This document shows, one piece after another, positions 38,040-40,069 of a stretch of DNA of 40,069 nucleotides; the first letter of the stretch is position 1; every line of letters begins with the position of its first letter. This DNA comes from Oligoflexales bacterium. GTDB lineage: Bacteria > Bdellovibrionota_B > Oligoflexia > Oligoflexales > RGVZ01. The position numbers and the translations under genes were made by a program. Below the pieces are notes generated by a model. The model was not told the origin of the DNA, searched no databases, and saw only the letters and a list, made by a program, of their open reading frames with translations. The stretch is taken from the NCBI GenBank assembly GCA_044236265.1, contig JBIIGV010000013.1:1-40069 (forward strand), written 5' to 3'.

Positions 38040-38663
38040 ATGCTTCATTTTTTTCATCATCCACAGTCTCCCTACAGTCGTAAGATTTTCTTTCTGCTTG
38101 AAGAAGCAGGCCATCCCTATGACCTACGTACGGTCTCGCTTGAGAAAAAGGAGCAGAAGGACTCAAGCTATTTGGTCCTGAATCCTGCAGGCCGCGTTCC
38201 TGCAATCAAGGACGGAGATTTTGCGTTGTCTGAATCAAATGCGATTTTGCGCTATCTCACCCGAAAGTATCAGCTCCATCAATTCTATCCGACAGCAGTC
38301 GAAGAGCAGGCGCAGGTAGATATGTGGTGGGACTTTTGCTCCAATCACATCAACCGACCTCTCATCGACCTAGCGTGGAATAAAATCATGGCTCCCCTTT
38401 ATGGCGGTAAGCCCGATGCAGCAGTCATTGCCAAGGCAGAGAAAAATCTTGAACGTGATTTGCCCGTTCTCGAAAAACAGCTTCAAGGTCGCAACTATCT
38501 ATTGACGGCAAATCTTTCACTGGCTGATATCAATCTCATGCCGTTTGCCGTGTACGCCAAAGATGTCATCCGTCTTGATGACTTCCCTGCGTTTAAAGCA
38601 TGGATCAACAGGGTTGAGGAGCGTCAGGCGTGGAAAAATGTCGTGTCCTATAGTGGCCACTGA
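38040..38663 (+). CDS. Glutathione S-transferase family protein
   Basis: SPYSRK, NPAGRVPAI, LSESNAILRYL, SLADI. Confidence 0.93.
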   Translation: MLHFFHHPQSPYSRKIFFLLEEAGHPYDLRTVSLEKKEQKDSSYLVLNPAGRVPAIKDGDFALSESNAILRYLTRKYQLHQFYPTAVEEQAQVDMWWDFCSNHINRPLIDLAWNKIMAPLYGGKPDAAVIAKAEKNLERDLPVLEKQLQGRNYLLTANLSLADINLMPFAVYAKDVIRLDDFPAFKAWINRVEERQAWKNVVSYSGH

Positions 38664-38801
38664 TGGTTGTAAATAATTTTGAACTACGCGTCTTGTGACT
38701 AAGGCGCGGGCTGTGCTCGAACATACAAGATCATCACTGCGGACAGTGCAAAAAAGACACCGTCCACTGGTCTAAAGAGCAGTGAAAATTTTTGCGCGAA
38801 A
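38399..38801 (+). repeat. Direct repeat copy 1 (GST 3' half plus downstream DNA)
   Basis: Aligns by eye to 39666-40069 with 13 substitutions and one 1-bp indel. The true right end is unknown because copy 2 is cut by the window edge. Confidence 0.97.
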
Positions 38802-38957
38802 ATGGAATGATGGCTTTTGAGTCTTTGATCTTCAGTCAACGGGATTGTGGAGAGCTTTTAATTCAAAGCAACTCGGGGCAAGATTAGTAATCCCTATAAA
38901 TTGACTATCTATAGCAGGCTAAATAATCAGTAGTTACAAGTTCTTGTGGTATTTTTC

Positions 38958-38984
38958 TCAAGTTTATTGCTTGGAAGCCGTACA
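38958..38984 (+). promoter_or_regulatory. sigma28-like promoter
   Basis: TCAAGTTT-N11-GCCGTACA upstream of the Cys-rich gene. Confidence 0.45.
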
Positions 38985-39071
38985 GTTGATGAGTCGAGGT
39001 CTGAGGGTCCAGCTTCGATTGTGACTCGACGGACCCGGGTGGAACACATTCTGTATTTTGGGAGGCCGGGA

Positions 39072-39563
39072 ATGAATTTAAATTTATTTTGGAGATTGTG
39101 TCTAGTTGTCGTTGGGGTCTTAATTCCCAATCTTCGCAACGCAGAGGCTGGTACTCCTCCCTATCAAAACTCCGGGATGGTTTGCGTCTGTCAATGTAAT
39201 GCAGGAATGAGCGGTTATTTGTGCCCCGTTGAATGGGACGCAAAACTTGTTGTGACCAGTCCACTCGGGTGTGACAGTGGTGGAATTATTGCGCCACAGT
39301 GTAAATATCTTCGAACATGTCCTTCATCATTCAACTTCCCAGCACCGTCCGACGGCAACTGCAGTAGGCTTAGTGGAATCACTTGTGCAGGGATCAAGCA
39401 TCCCCAATCCCCAGGAAGTGCCACTCAGGGAATCACCGAGTGTTCAGGAGGGCCTGTTTTAGTTCCGAATCAACCTTCTCCGCCGTCGCTTCCTACATCG
39501 TCAAACCCTCCATTTACGATGCCGACAACAGCCCCAAACCCATGGATGCCAAAACAAAAATGA
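39072..39563 (+). CDS. Cys-rich secreted protein with Pro-rich tail (hypothetical, 163 aa)
   Basis: GGAGG RBS at 39061, signal peptide ending AEA, 10 Cys in the mature part, P/S/T-rich C-terminus. Confidence 0.72.
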   Translation: MNLNLFWRLCLVVVGVLIPNLRNAEAGTPPYQNSGMVCVCQCNAGMSGYLCPVEWDAKLVVTSPLGCDSGGIIAPQCKYLRTCPSSFNFPAPSDGNCSRLSGITCAGIKHPQSPGSATQGITECSGGPVLVPNQPSPPSLPTSSNPPFTMPTTAPNPWMPKQK

Positions 39564-39583
39564 ATTGACTGATAAATTGGATA

Positions 39584-39658
39584 AATCGAGGCCACATAAC
39601 TGGATCACTATTGATGATTCAGTCCAATCAAAAGATATCCAGTTATCTGGCCTAGATT
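39584..39658. repeat. Long imperfect inverted repeat (hairpin)
   Basis: AATCGAGGCCACATAACTGGAT (39584-39605) and ATCCAGTTATCTGGCCTAGATT (39637-39658) pair at 20 of 22 positions. Inner TGATT/AATCA stem. Confidence 0.9.
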
Positions 39659-39665
39659 AGTACCG

Positions 39666-40069
39666 TTATGGCGGTAAGCACCGATGCAGCAGTCATTGCC
39701 AAGGCAGAGAAAAATCTTGAACGTGATTTGCCCGTTCTCGAAAAACAACTTCAAGGTCGCAACTATCTAGTGACGGCAAATCTTTCACTGGCTGATATCA
39801 ATCTCATGCCTTTTGCCATCTACGCCAAAGATGTCATCCGTCTTGATGACTTCCCTGCGTTTAAAGCATGGATCAACAGGGTCGAGGAGCGTCAAGCATG
39901 GAAAAATGTCGTGGCCTATAGTGGCCACTGATGGTTGCAAATGATTTTGAACTACGCGTCTTGTGACTAAGGCGCGGGCTGTGCTCGAACATACAAGATC
40001 ATCACTGCGGATAGAGCAAAAAAGACACCGTCCACTGGTCTAAAGAGCAGTGAAAATTTTTGCGCGAAA
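39666..40069 (+). repeat. Direct repeat copy 2, running to the window end
   Basis: Offset of 1267-1268 bp from copy 1. Confidence 0.97.
39668..39931 (+). pseudogene. 5'-truncated GST duplicate (C-terminal helices only)
   Basis: 87-aa ORF identical to the GST C-terminus except the first 5 residues and L>V, V>I, S>A. No N-terminal thioredoxin-like domain and no clear RBS. Confidence 0.8.

Noticed and set aside
38687..38708. Hairpin CGCGTCTT-N6-AAGGCGCG after GST (copy at 39955-39976) as a terminator
   Set aside because: No T-tract follows and the stem is only 8 bp with a wobble.
39594..39671. Canonical integron attC site
   Set aside because: ACATAAC and GTTATGG are present, but the main stem pairs ACATAAC with the internal GTTATCT. 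There are no convincing L boxes or unpaired spacer, no intI is in view, and integrons do not duplicate 400 bp of a host gene. Kept only as an analogy.
38399..40069. GST repeat pair as the template/variable repeats of a diversity-generating retroelement
   Set aside because: Differences are not confined to adenines of one copy (T/G, G/T, G/C, T/C occur), are mostly synonymous, and no reverse transcriptase is present.
1..40069. CRISPR arrays, tRNA/rRNA genes, transposases, integrases, prophage or known defence genes
   Set aside because: None seen. Nearly all sequence is accounted for by CDSs and no regularly spaced repeats were found by eye.

Overview
Gene-dense bacterial chromosomal segment, roughly 50% GC by eye. 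The repertoire (many orphan lipoproteins, three PilZ proteins, a trypsin-LRR lipoprotein, a TPR/wHTH/DeoR regulator, sigma28-like promoters) suggests Bdellovibrionota/Oligoflexia; this is inference. Housekeeping genes (plsC-like, pepQ, engB, mutL-miaA, ubiE/menG, elbB, acetoacetate-CoA ligase, ung, bfr, bfd, GST) are interleaved with orphan secreted proteins and two ABC loci. No rRNA, tRNA, CRISPR array, transposase or integrase was seen. Most notable: (1) at the right end, a ~403 bp, ~96.5%-identical direct repeat of the GST 3' half plus downstream DNA flanks a Cys-rich secreted cargo gene, with a 22-bp hairpin and a TACCG-N6-CGGTA dyad exactly at the repeat boundary, suggesting an integrated cassette or cassette array; (2) an apparently circularly permuted PilZ protein; (3) a shared sigma28-like promoter motif upstream of six orphan/PilZ genes; (4) an IrrE/ImmA homologue lacking its catalytic Glu; (5) a protease-LRR gene lying between bfd and bfr, downstream of a Fur-like box.
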